Part shown: piece by piece, positions 10,813 to 22,022 of the stretch
How positions within the stretch are numbered: position 1 is the first letter of the stretch
Layout: each line of letters starts with the position of its first letter
Origin: Octopus sinensis
Taxonomy: Eukaryota
NCBI RefSeq assembly: GCF_006345805.1
Contig: NW_021832495.1
Location: 1 to 30,574 of the forward strand
Length of the DNA stretch: 30,574 nt
Direction: 5' to 3'
Made by a program: the position numbers and the translations under genes
The notes under the pieces: model-generated
Database searches by the model: none
What the model was told of the DNA's origin: nothing
What the model saw: only the letters and a program-made list of their open reading frames with translations

Positions 10813-11133
10813 TTAAAATAAATATTCGAGTCCGTGTTTCAACTTTATAGGTGATAATAAGTTTTCAAAAGTTAGGGGCTCCCCATTTTTGTAAAATCTC
10901 TCCAGTACAAAGCCCTTGGAGAATACACTCAATAGGAGCTTTGCGAAATCTAACCACACCCAGTACGGGATTTTCCGTACAATGAGCTCGGACTTGATAG
11001 TCATTTTGAAAAGATCAAAAGTCCCCTTCCCTGTTGAATAATAACTCATATAACCCATTAAGTCTCTGAGATATCTGTACTTTACAAACAGGTTGTGAGC
11101 CACAGATTGCATCTGCAACTTCCATGAAATCAA
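10813..11133 (-). CDS. Hypothetical protein fragment of a duplicated family (second copy at ~715-895)
   Basis: 106-aa ORF; KIPYWVWLDFAKLLLSVFSKGFVLERFYKNGEP is conserved at DNA level in the paralog; no family recognised. Confidence 0.4.
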   Translation of the reverse strand: MISWKLQMQSVAHNLFVKYRYLRDLMGYMSYYSTGKGTFDLFKMTIKSELIVRKIPYWVWLDFAKLLLSVFSKGFVLERFYKNGEPLTFENLLSPIKLKHGLEYLF

Positions 11134-11489
11134 ACGACATTTTGGATTTATTCAATAAAACTTAAGTGGTTTCTTTAATTGAATTCATATGCTTCATTTA
11201 TTTTATTCAAACAACTACTCCAATAAAACGATTACGCTATTGAGGATAGAATTTCTAACTTTATCCAATGGAAATTTTATTTTTCAATAAATTATACTGA
11301 CTAATATTAAATTATATTTTTATACATTTAGTATTTTCAAAGAGGCACATGGTTTTAGTGATTCGTGTGGTGCATGTATAGAAGGTCATTTACTTTTGTA
11401 TTTGATTGCCAACAGCATGCAATATTATTATTGGTTTCTTGATGATTCCATTGACATAATAATCTTAAAAACTGTTCATCTATTTCGGA

Positions 11490-11940
11490 GGGTTTGCGAG
11501 GTAGTTAAGGAGCAGCCACACTTAACAAATGTCCCGCGAGAACTCACGGAAACTCACTAAGACTTAAGTTCTCTGAAATGGAGGAAGTATGATTTCCTTG
11601 CAAACGAGCTAAGGCTGATGCACCAGTGTAAAGTGCATGTCATTCTGTTTGTAATACATGGAATGGACTGGTCACTAAATCCCACAAGAAGTACTTAAGA
11701 CAATTAGGTGTATGTAAATCTCTACAGGCTTATATGCTGTCAATTGTTTATAAGAGGACTCTGGAAAGTGTCTTGTTTGATGCTAGCCGATCCAGTCCTA
11801 CCCGGACATTTAGTCAGCAAGAGCCGCTGGACTGCACCTTCTCGAATGTCTACAGTGCCAGAGAAGAGGAGGAAGAGGGGAGGCAGGTGCGTGGAGTGGC
11901 ATCCCCTGTTCACTTCAGAGGCTCTGGACTTAGTTAGGTA
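11490..11940 (+). pseudogene. C-terminal RLE region of an R4/Dong-like non-LTR retrotransposon
   Basis: Frameshifted WRKYDFLANELRLMHQCKVHVI...WNGLVTKSHKKYLRQLGV...AYMLSIVYKRTLESVLFD, recalled as the K-KYD-LANEL...YIQ-IVLK-TLESI RLE tail. Confidence 0.7.
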
Positions 11941-14099
11941 ATTATTATTATTTAAAGACCAAAACACGGGCAAAGCCAGTTAATTATAGTTTATTCCCGT
12001 GATCGCCGATCCAAACGAGGGAGATCCTTCTGAAAGGTTCAATCCTTCCGCAAGATTGGCCTGAGACGACGATGTCCCAGGGTCTGAGAAGCTAAGAGTC
12101 TTTTTCGGTAGGCATTAAGTGCCTCCTGAGCGTTGCCATATCCGAAGGAATTTCCAACTGACATGGTGGACCCCGTAACGCCACGCTAAGCCCGGAAGGT
12201 AAAGAGATCCCCATTTCCAACTGTGTCGTGCCAGAAGTACTCGTTGCCTCAGGGGCAGGGAACGATAACGAGAATTAGCCCCAGGATGAAAACCGGTTAA
12301 TTAGCTTCTTTTTATTAATAAAGTCAGTTAAATTAATTGTTCTATTTTTCAGGATTATTATCTACATTGTAATCTAGCAACGAGTAGTTATTAGTATATT
12401 AAATAATAGAATTGCATATCATATTAGGTGGTAATTGTTTTAAGAGGCTTTAAAAAGACTGCATAAAAGATGACTCGTGGCCAGATATGAGGCCTAAATC
12501 AATGCATTGTCGTTACCCTGGTCTTCAAGTTCAGGCCTGGGACAGATACGGTGCTACATATTCCTAATTTAAAGCAAATCTCTCACGTTGATTTAATAAC
12601 CTAATTCTTAATAGTGTGATCGTCTGAGCGAGATGTCAACATGTCGTTTACATTTTCTGGCAGGGCTATTTAGGGAATTTTTAATAGTTTTTATATTAAG
12701 GCACGATAAAACGTGTTACGGAGTATTTTCTTGAAGATGGAGCCCGCTATTTGCAGTTAAATCACACCTATCATGTCGTTTTTGACGAAATTTGGTTTTG
12801 GATGTCTCTGGTTATTTTTCAATCGTGGGTTAAGAAAGCATTTTGAATAGATATTTCCCCTAATGACTCAAAAACCCGAATCATTTTCACAGAAACAGTC
12901 AATTGATATTCTACGTTTATTTTTATTTCAAAAATTGCTTCGACGATAAGCTGTCCGTGGAGGTACACCATGGCGGAAACAGAGTACTTAATGAAGGCCA
13001 ACTAATTTGTTGGATCACTCGACGGGCTATATCAAGACTGAGACGTTTTCTCAATAGATGTGTCAAATCACAAACACACAACTCCATCATAACAGTTGTT
13101 GGCGTTCTACTAGGACTTATAATTTCAATTGTAAGTCAAAGTTGTAGAGTTTGATAATATTGACGTGGCTTACAGTGTTATTTAGGATGGTTATCCAGTT
13201 GACTATGTTGTCAGAGATGGTGACGTATATTTTCTTCTGCGATATTAGTTTAACTGCGACTTTGTTATTCTATGTAAGCAATTTCATCGGATCATTTCAT
13301 AAAATCAATGTCAAATGAACTGGAGACAATTTATCGGGCAAAAGTAAAAAAATCATGCCTGTTGTTAAGACCTGTGACGCAATTGTAATTCTCCAAGAAA
13401 AATTGGGATGCGCTCGAAGTAGAAAACAGGTTAGACACTGGTGATGCAAAAAACCTTAAAAAAGTATGCAAATTGAGATTTGTTTGATTATAAGAGCTGT
13501 AAAAAATTTCAACTTGCGTAGAATAAATGGAGAATCAACAAAGCAGCGTCCTTCTGCAAGAAAATTGAATCCGATTGGTATTTCAGTGTTTTAATGTAAT
13601 AATTGAATCTCAAAATTAAAAAAAGCATTTTAATATTATTTAAAAATGGATGCGAATATCAATAGATGAGAATATCATTCAATAAATCAATACTAATAAA
13701 AAATTAATTACTAGTTATTTAAGTACAAATTACATGATAAACAATTTACTTGGTTTCTATTTTTAAAATTGATAAGATAATCTTATACTCGATATGCCCC
13801 ATGACTGTTAGAATCTATATGTATCCATAAATGATACGACTAAATCCAAATTAATAAATTATGTGATTTTTGGATTTACTGTTGAAGAGGGTTCATCATA
13901 TCCTAAATATTTTGAAATGCACAAGTTGTCTGGAAACTAAGGGTTCTTGATTATTTAAGTCTGACTAAAATTTATTTTGATTTTAATTTTTGTTAAAACT
14001 GTCTGTCAAAGCAATATTAATGAAGTCTGGAAGGAACAAGGTCTTGACTTTCCGGAAAATCAGATGTCTCAATGAGCCTGGGATCACATTAGATGCAAG

Positions 14100-14685
14100 C
14101 AAAAATTCAATCTGGTGCTTGAGTCGTCCAACCAGAACCGCCGCGCTTGCCTTCTGTCGGCAGCATCCCCGGCTAGCGGAGCTTGGCTTTGTGCATCCCC
14201 GAACGCCCCATCTGGCACTTTCCTTGACGATGAATCAGTAAGGATCGGAGTCTCTCTGCGCCCCGACTAAGGCAATGTGTCCCGCACACGTGCCGCTGTG
14301 GGTGCACTGTTGACCATTTCGGTCTGCACCCTTTATCGTGCAGGAGGAGTGCCAGACGTTTCCCGAGGCACTCTGCTATGAATGACATCATACGGAGGGC
14401 CCTCGACTCGGCAGGATTTCCTTCGGTTCTCGAACCACCGGGCCTTGATCGCGGCGACGGGAAACGTCCTCCTTTTCACCTTTGAAGGCGGAAAAGGCCT
14501 CGTATGGGATGCAACCTGCTGGGACACCTTTTCTGCTTCTCGCTTAACTTCGTGTGCTCTGGAGGCTAAATCTGCAGCTAAGAAGGCTGAAGATTTAAAG
14601 CTTTAAAATATTCTGCTCTCTCGGAGGAGTTTTCCGTGATACCGATCGCGGCGGAGACGTCGGGTGCTCTCGGTCCAAAAACTGA
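14100..14685 (+). pseudogene. CRE-like retrotransposon C-terminal (CCHC + RLE) fragment
   Basis: Frameshifted [11 protein letters not shown]...[60 protein letters not shown]...GKGLVWDATCWDT...IAAETSGALGP. Confidence 0.85.
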
Positions 14686-14689
14686 AGTA

Positions 14690-14703
14690 GTTGCCATAGT
14701 AAC
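14690..14703. promoter_or_regulatory. Candidate RFX X-box GTTGCCATAGTAAC
   Basis: Exact match to GTHNYYATRRNAAC; would lie ~140 bp upstream of the L-domain gene ATG if 14755-24834 is excised. Confidence 0.4.
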
Positions 14704-15677
14704 GCGTAAAAGGACAGGCTGCCAATAGGGGCCTGATTACCCATGTCACATAATTAGGGCAACCAGAAATATGACCTTAAAAAAGTTAAATATGACCGTA
14801 AAAATATGACTTTATGACTTTAAAATTCTAAAATATAACTTAAAAATATTAAAATATGACCTAAAAAATCAAAATATGACCTATCAAATTTTGATTTTTA
14901 GATATTCTGAATTTGAAAATATGAAAAAATTAAACATTTCAATCAATGAATTTATTATAATATTGCATCATATAATATTTAATATTTTCTGGCTTAAAGT
15001 TTTTATCATTTTCGAGCAATTTATTCAGCATAGAAAAGCTTCTTTCTGCAGATATTGATGTTGAAGGACATTTCCATAAGTAAATAAATGTTTCTGGAGA
15101 AATACTTGAAATTCTAGCATTTTTAATATTCTTCCATGGTAACATACTTATCCGCTTTAAAAAATACTTGTTGATGTCACAATTATCTTCACCAAAATTA
15201 ACGGAATCAATGAATTCAATTGCATCTTTAATTGTATAAAATTTTTCTAGGCATTTTCTGATTTCATCAATAATAGGTTGTATGAAGCCATTAACTCTGC
15301 CAGATTTTTCTCCAAATTTTCAGAGCTAACAGCATTTTTCGCATTCATCACAATCTTTCCACAATTTGGATAGGATAAGACAATTTCGCGAACTCTTGAA
15401 AGATGTCGACTATAATATTTCGCTGCGTCCAACCAGCTGCCCCATCTTGTTAGAACAACATCAGGTGGAAGTCCAATAACTGTAAAAAGACTCCTCCGGG
15501 AGGAATTTTTTACAATCGGCATTTTGATAGACGAGATTAAGTCGTCAATATATTTATAATGTGCTCTAATCTTTAATGCACAATTGTGAAGAAGATGAGC
15601 AAAACAAGTTATATGAATCATTTTAATATACACAACCTTCAATGTACTCGCTGCTAAGTCATATAACGGGCAGCATC

Positions 15678-17477
15678 GTGAATCCTCGCAAATTGGCCAC
15701 CTCGCAAATTGGCCAATTTTTAAATTGGCCAATTTTTTCACAATTTACTAAGAAAAAAATTAATTTTCTTAGTAAATTGGCCAATTCTCAAATTGGCCAC
15801 AATTTTTGAATTATTATTTTTTTAATTAGAAAATAAACTATTTTTTTAATCACATGTCTTATAAAATTTCTCGTGGACGTTATACTCGGCTCACTTTTCT
15901 TGAAAAAACACAAATTATAAACTACAAGGAAGAAAATGACAGTGTTTCGTGTCAGCTTCTGGCTGACAGATTCTCACATTTATTCCACAAGACGATCTCG
16001 AGAAAGACGATCAATAATCTACTGCTTAATAAAGACTCTATTTTACGGGATTCGAAAATCTATCAAAATTCGTATAAAGCTGCTCACAAACCAAAATTTC
16101 CTACGCTTGAAGAAAAATTGATCGAATGGATGGATACAATAGAGTCTAAAGGTATTAATTGAAAACCAATTTTTAGGTGGTTTTTTGAATGATTCCTTAA
16201 TATCGTGTAAGGCTGCGCATTTTGCCGAAGAGCTACAACTTAGTAACTTTAAAATTCTAATGGATTTCTGGCAAAATTCAAAAAGAGACACGGTTTTAGA
16301 ATGCTAAAATTACATGGAGAGATGCGAACAGATAAAGTAGTTGACATTAATTCTTTTCGTGAAGAATTTAAAGAAATTTCTAAATCGTATAAGCCTGATC
16401 TAATTTATAATTTGGATGAAACTGCATTATACTACAAGCTTATTCATCGAAAAGCGTATGCAGAAACCGATTCCAAGGATACAAAAATTTTAAAGACCGT
16501 GTGTCTATTATGCTTTGTTCAAACATGACCGGAAGTCATAAATTGAAACCTGTGATGATTGGAAAACCAAAAATGCCTAGATGTTTTAAAAATTTTGACT
16601 ATGGATGTCTTGTCTCATATTATAGCTCACAGAAAGCTTGGATGACTGGATCTATTTTTATTGATTGGATTATTAGCTTTGATCTCCAGCTTAAAATTAA
16701 AAAGAAGAAAATTTTATTGCTAATAGACCACTGTCCTGCACATTCTATTCCTCAAAACTTGGATTGTATTAAGATTTTATTTTTTCCTAAAAATTCTACT
16801 GGATTACTACAACCAATGGATATTGGAATTATAAAAACCTTCAAGACTCATTTCATGAGAAGAAAGCTACAGTACTTAACTGATTTGCTGGAGACTGAAA
16901 ATATTTCTGTATACAATTCATACAAAAATTGACATTAAAAGATGCAATTTTGTTTGTTAATATGGCTTGGGATGACGTATCTACTGAAACTATTCAAAAT
17001 TGTTTTAAGATTTTAAATGAATCTAATCACGAAAATACATTAATTGAACATTATGAGACTGAAATTGAAAGAACTGACATTTTCGATCCTCTAATGAGCG
17101 AAGATTTTCTAAATATCGAAAACACAGAAGATCAAGATATAAACGAAAATTGTTTACAAGAGGATCAAGAGTCTGAAATTAGCGACGAAGAGACAAAAAT
17201 CATATATCCACTCGATAGAAAAGATATTGCAAAGACATTAACTAGAATAGAAAGGCAACTTTACTGTAATGCAGAAAATGAGAATGATGTTTCGCTGATT
17301 ACTGCAATAAGAAAATACAAAGAAAATGTAAAAAGAGCAAATAAAAAGGAATTAGGGATTGAATTTTATTTTAATAAAATTTAAACGTGTTTATTTTATT
17401 TTTTAAATATTGATTTTTTTCAAATTGGCCATAAAATCTCTATGTACCAAAAATGGCCAATTTGCGAGGATTCACTG
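15678..17477 (+). mobile_element. pogo/Tigger-family DNA transposon
   Basis: TIR (CA)GTGAATCCTCGCAAATTGGCCA versus TGGCCAATTTGCGAGGATTCACTG|TA (TA at 17478-17479); left end clipped by a few bases; inserted in the hAT LLL|SDAA segment. Confidence 0.93.
15854..17384 (+). pseudogene. CENP-B-like HTH + DDE_1 transposase with a 25-nt intron and three frameshifts
   Basis: LTFLEKTQII HTH; KFPTLEEKLIEW; splicing 16152-16176 gives ESKGGFLNDSLISCKAAHFAEEL; NLDET, LIDHC, QPMDIG catalytic aspartates. Confidence 0.92.
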
Positions 17478-18224
17478 TAATAAAAAATTTTCCCTTTTTA
17501 TATCATAAATTCGAATTGTGTCATCCACAATTCTACAAATTGCAGATGCATCACAAATTTCAATTTCCAAACAATTTAAAAAAAAAAATTTAATAAATAA
17601 ATTTTTTCAGGACTTTCAATAGTCCCACAAAGAACGTTAACAAATTTCTGTTTATTGATTTCCGTTTCATCAACAAGTATGAATATATCTTTTCCAGAAA
17701 TAATTGTTTTAAGCATTTCAATCAATTGATATTGCAAATCTGGAACTATATTTCTGCACCAACTTTCGCTGGGAACAGTAAATCCGAGATTATTAAAAAA
17801 TTAATAAAGTGTTCATTTCTTATTTTGTAAAGAGGTATATTCGCCTTCGTCATCATTTCGACTAAGCAAATTCCGAAATTTTTCTTTGCTTCAAGTTTCG
17901 GAAGAGTGTTGAGTTGCATTTGAAATTTTGTCTGTTCCTTTTTATGCCGGGTAGTTTCCCTGTGCTGCACCACATTAAACGTTTTCGTAAAATTAACAAA
18001 AACTGAGCATTTCAAACAAAATAAACGTCCAGCTGAATCAATCTGAATTCAGACGGGTATCGTTTAATTATTTTATTTAACTTTTGATTGTTAGATTGCT
18101 TTTGTTTCGGCATGTAAAAATCTATAATATTGAAGCCGCCAACTACCAAAACGTGTGAAAACGTGTTATTGTCAAAATTTAAACAAAGATTAATAAAAAT
18201 ATATCTTAATAATAAAATGGTATG

Positions 18225-18262
18225 GTGTGTGTCTGCCTGTCTGTCTGTCTGTCTGTGTGTGC
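18225..18262 (+). repeat. (GTCT)n/(GT)n microsatellite at the Helitron 5' end
   Basis: GTGTGTGTCTGCCTGTCTGTCTGTCTGTCTGTGTGTG, bracketed by TGGTGTG and CACACCA. Confidence 0.9.
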
Positions 18263-18284
18263 ACACCAACTTCAAATTGGCAAT

Positions 18285-18800
18285 ACGATGTCCTCGACTT
18301 ACATGATGAGGTCCGTAAAACCTTCCCCCCCAAAAAAATTAAAAAAAATTTTCTGCATTTTGGTTAAAATGAACAACTACAATGTCCTCGACTTACATGA
18401 TGAAGTCCTTAAAACCTTCCCCCCCAAAAAAAATTAAAAAAAATTTTCTGCATTTTGGTTAAAATGAACAACTACAATGTCCTCGACTTACATGATGAAG
18501 TCCTTAAAACCTTCCCCCAAAAAAAATTAAAAAAAAATTTTCTGCATTTTGGTTAAAATGAACAACTACAATGTCCTCGACTTATATGATGAAGTCCTTA
18601 AAACCTTCCCCCAAAAAAAATTAAAAAAAATTTTCTGCATTTTGGTTAAAATGAACAACTACGATGTCCTCGACTTACATGATGAGGTCCTTAAAACCTT
18701 CCCGCCAAAAAATCAAAAAATTATTTTCTGCATTTGATTAAAATGAACAACGTTAATGTCCTCGACATTCATGATGAGGTCCATTAAAACCTTCGAGGCA
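18285..18800 (+). repeat. Tandem array of ~94-bp units (~5.5 copies) inside the Helitron
   Basis: TCCTCGAC recurs at 18291, 18385, 18480, 18574, 18667, 18759. Confidence 0.97.
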
Positions 18801-19147
18801 AAAATCTCACTTATTAAGAATATCCTTGATGAAAACGACAGCGAGAATATTAACAATGATGAACTCCCAATTATTCGCGATAAAGAAATTCAATTCTTCC
18901 TATGATTTTCTCTTTAAAATTAAATGCATATATCATTATCGACAATAAATCAAAATTAAAGCTATTATCATATTTGACTTTGACAGAATGTGCAATTACA
19001 GATTGCATGACCTTGAATAGAATGTGCAATTAACAGATTTTGAAAAACACTTTGATAGTTTTTTTTTTTTTTTTTTTTTTTTTTTGAAAAAAGAACTTTA
19101 ATACAGTCAAATTAATTAATAGAGAATTAATGTCGTGAACTTGAGGG

Positions 19148-20558
19148 TTAGTCCGACGACGAAGCACTGCGGATAGAGAGGCAGTTCCCGCGAAGAATTG
19201 CAACCGAGATGCGCTGGAAAAGCCAGCTCGTCTCCCTCCGGTCATTTGTATTCTGTGAGATTCTTCCTCCCACAACCCGTAACAGATTTTCTACCTTCTT
19301 TCCAACCACACCGGAGGTCTCAAAGGCTAGGGGGACAAACTCAACGACGTTCGGAAGCACAGCGTACTTCGTCAACTTCCTTTCTTCTGCCAGCGCACAT
19401 GCGTAGCCTGGTGTACTGGCTGTTCCTGTGAGCACAGTATCTGAAAAGGAGTCGACGCAAGTTACATCCCAAACAAGAGACCTTCCTCCTCTAAAGGGGA
19501 ATATAGTCATCCCGTCAGGACGCTTTCCGTCACTGCGGCAGAGCCCAATGGGTTCAAGGGTCGATGGGAATCCCGCAGAATCCAAAGCCCTTTTCACCAC
19601 TTCATTGAGGAGGACGTGGCGGGGAAATCGGCCAGCACTCCTCCTACAGGACAATGCGTGTAAACCGTTCGAAGGAATCAAAAAACCACAGCGACAACGG
19701 TGAGGTTGGCAGATTTCAAGTCCAAGTCGAAGACACACTCCGATACGTATAGTTTCGTCTTCCATAAGCAGACCATTGGACGCCAACGGAAGTGCGTTTA
19801 GCCAGTCTCCTGAGTGAGGCTGACAGGCACAGTTCAAAGAAGCCAGTTCCAACTGGTCGACTCGCGTGCGAAGACTCTCCAACAGGTGTGTGCACCAGAT
19901 GACATCCCAACTCTTCTGTATTGAAGGAATCTCCGGAAGGCCAAGTCCGAGCGATCTCCAGGCGAGAACAGCAACAGGGTATTCCGTAAGCTCATCAAGT
20001 TCGAGTGAGTTGATAAGAACAGAGCGAACGAAATTGCCGGAAGCAGACATCGACGAGAGATAACAAGGCAAAGCAAGATCTGCACAAGAACGAACCCCAA
20101 GGCCACCAAAGCGGAGTGGAAGTGCGGCACGTGTACGTCCCACGTCAGTGAACAAAGTGTTCAGTAGTAACTGTAATGATGATGTAACCGCGTCATCCAA
20201 ATCCAAAAGTTCTTGACGTGAGCGAAAACAAGGAGACGTTCGGAGCAAAAAGGTTAACGGGGGATAAAAAGAAAGTTTTTCAGCAAAAACAGCCCCAGAT
20301 GGGAGCCAAACAGTCGTAATCGGTCGCAGAGAGGAGCAATTTTATCTCGTTGTGAAACGATAGCCTTCGCAATTCCCTTATCAGAAATCGGTGAACCCAG
20401 AATCACAAGATCCGCGAGAGCGGTTATACGAAGGCCGTCAATCTTCTCCGAAAGGGCCATAAAAACCTCACTCTGTTGGGTTAGCGGCTCCGTAAGTCCG
20501 ATTAGTTCACATTTTGCACCATTTAGAGAAAGGCCAATCTTCAAAAATTCAGATATTA
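19148..20558 (-). CDS. CRE-like ORF, C-terminal half (RT thumb, CCHC zinc knuckle, PD-(D/E)xK RLE)
   Basis: GLSLNGAKCEL, LVILGSPI, LPLRFGGLGVR, CRCG...LHALSC, RHVLLN, KRPDG, LVWDVT, KLTKY, FQRISVAILRGN. Confidence 0.93.
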
Positions 20559-22017
20559 TGTGACATGGTTTGCGCGATACCTATGGGCCGCGCGATACCT
20601 GACGTGACCTTGAAATGTACAATTATGACATCGATGGGATTAAAAAAGAATAGTTTGGAATATCAAATTTTAAAAGATGTTTTACAGGATAAATTTCCTG
20701 AACATCTTACAAAGCAAAAAAAATATAGACTAGTTAAGAAAATTGAAAATTTTACTGTAATTAATGAAAGGTATCATACAAATTGTAAATGTATAGATTG
20801 TATCTTAAATGTGCGAATTCAGATCACAAGCTAGTGATTTGTCTAGACAATGAACCCGAAATGGAGATCGTTGCTAAAAGTTTGCATGACTTCTTGCATG
20901 GAGGAGTTAACAAAATTGAATATGAATGTCGACAACGATTTTCACAGTTAAAAATGAGATTATTAGAAAGTCATTCGAAACTGTGAAATTTGTAAATTGC
21001 GCGACCCTTAAAAGTTTTAACTTTTTTAAATCCTAGATTGGAGATATAAATAACCATGTCTTTGCATCTAGCCCAAATGAAAGATTCAGATAGATCTTAT
21101 AGATCTGAAAAGTTTTTCTACCATAAATAAAAATTTTAAATGGATTTTAACGGCATTGACGTATATAGCAGGTTAGTTTTTTTAACAATTTTTATAGATT
21201 TGCATTTGCGAGGCCGCTCTACACTAAGTCCTCAAATGAAGTTTGTGAAAACCTTATTTTTTAAATGGTCCGTGTCAATTTCTTCAGTCCGATAATGGGA
21301 CTGAATTCAAGAATCGTGAAATGACCAATCTATGTGAGGAATTCAATATCAAACGAATTCACGGAAGGCCAAACAATCCCCGCTCACAAGGGATTGTCGA
21401 ACGCTTCAACCAGTCAATTACAAGAAAAATGGCAAAAATGATCGACAATGATAATAAAAAGTGGCTGGAAAAATTAGAAAATGCAGTGTACAGTTATAAC
21501 ATTTCTGTCCACTCATCTTCTAATGAGAGCCCTTTTGAAAGATACCGGGGAATAAGTGGAATAAATACAATATTTTATGGTGTAATTATAAAATTATTCC
21601 TTAGATAATTCAGGTAATGATTTGTTGAGTCCTGATCAAGTCGATGATGCAAACAATTGTCCGAGTCCAATTGAAAATTCATGTAATTTGAATTTCTATA
21701 TGTAGATGATTGTAATTATTCGTTTACAAGTCCGAAAAGATTGCGACTGAATAAGTTTGAATCTCCATATTATCCATCTGCAGAAATTATCAGTATTTTA
21801 TCAAACAATCGCGTTGAGGTAGTTTAAACATTCAAAATTAATAGATAAAAAATTCGATGAGCGAAATTTCGATTGTGCCAATGTCCAGACTTAAAAAATA
21901 ATTAACAAGTTATTATTCTTTGAAGTTTAATATTAATTACAATATTGACATTAAGTTAAGCTGCAAGGTCACGTCAGGTATCGCGCGGCCCATAGGTATC
22001 ACGCAAACCATGTCACA
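20559..22017 (+). mobile_element. Ginger2/TDD-like integrase DNA transposon
   Basis: 54-bp TIRs (20559-20612, 21964-22017), 53/54 identical, TGT...ACA; perfect 5-bp TSD TATTA (20554-20558, 22018-22022); excision restores the retrotransposon frame DDASKII|SEFLKIGLSLN. Confidence 0.96.
20625..21901 (+). pseudogene. Gypsy-like integrase (H2C2 zinc finger + rve DDE core) with micro-introns
   Basis: Introns 20771-20796 (26 nt), 21014-21036 (23 nt), 21172-21197 (26 nt); LHDFLHGG...NCEICK; ERFQIDLIDL; KWILT-IDVYSR/FAFARPL; QSDNGTEF; GRPNNPRSQGIVERFN; YSYNISVHSS; several frameshifts. Confidence 0.9.
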
Positions 22018-22022
22018 TATTA

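Larger units (their letters stand above)
14939..18113 (-). pseudogene. hAT-like transposase, frameshifted and split by the pogo element
   Basis: MPKQKQS start at 18113; LFCLKCS...QHRETTRH (BED-like zinc finger); ANIPLYK; IFILVDET; SDAARYM; IHITCFAHLLHNCA; LPPDVVLTRWGSWL; SISAERSFS dimerisation motif. Confidence 0.9.

Noticed and set aside
10813-11133. Assignment of the ORF to a Penelope-like RT (LERFYKNGEP resembles L--F--NGYP)
   Set aside because: One short motif only; no RT core or GIY-YIG motif nearby
12400-13600. Possible Polinton/viral or host coding sequence (ORF 12903-13154)
   Set aside because: No recognisable motifs in any frame and frequent stops
18285-18800. Regular repeats as a possible CRISPR array or coding repeat (ORFs 18222-18437, 18549-18737)
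   Set aside because: Head-to-tail ~94-bp units with no unique spacers, period not a constant multiple of 3, eukaryotic context, no cas genes
19030-19100. TSD for the CRE-like element
   Set aside because: The sequence left of the poly(T) (AAAACACTTTGATAG) is not repeated near 23600; the 5' junction remains undefined
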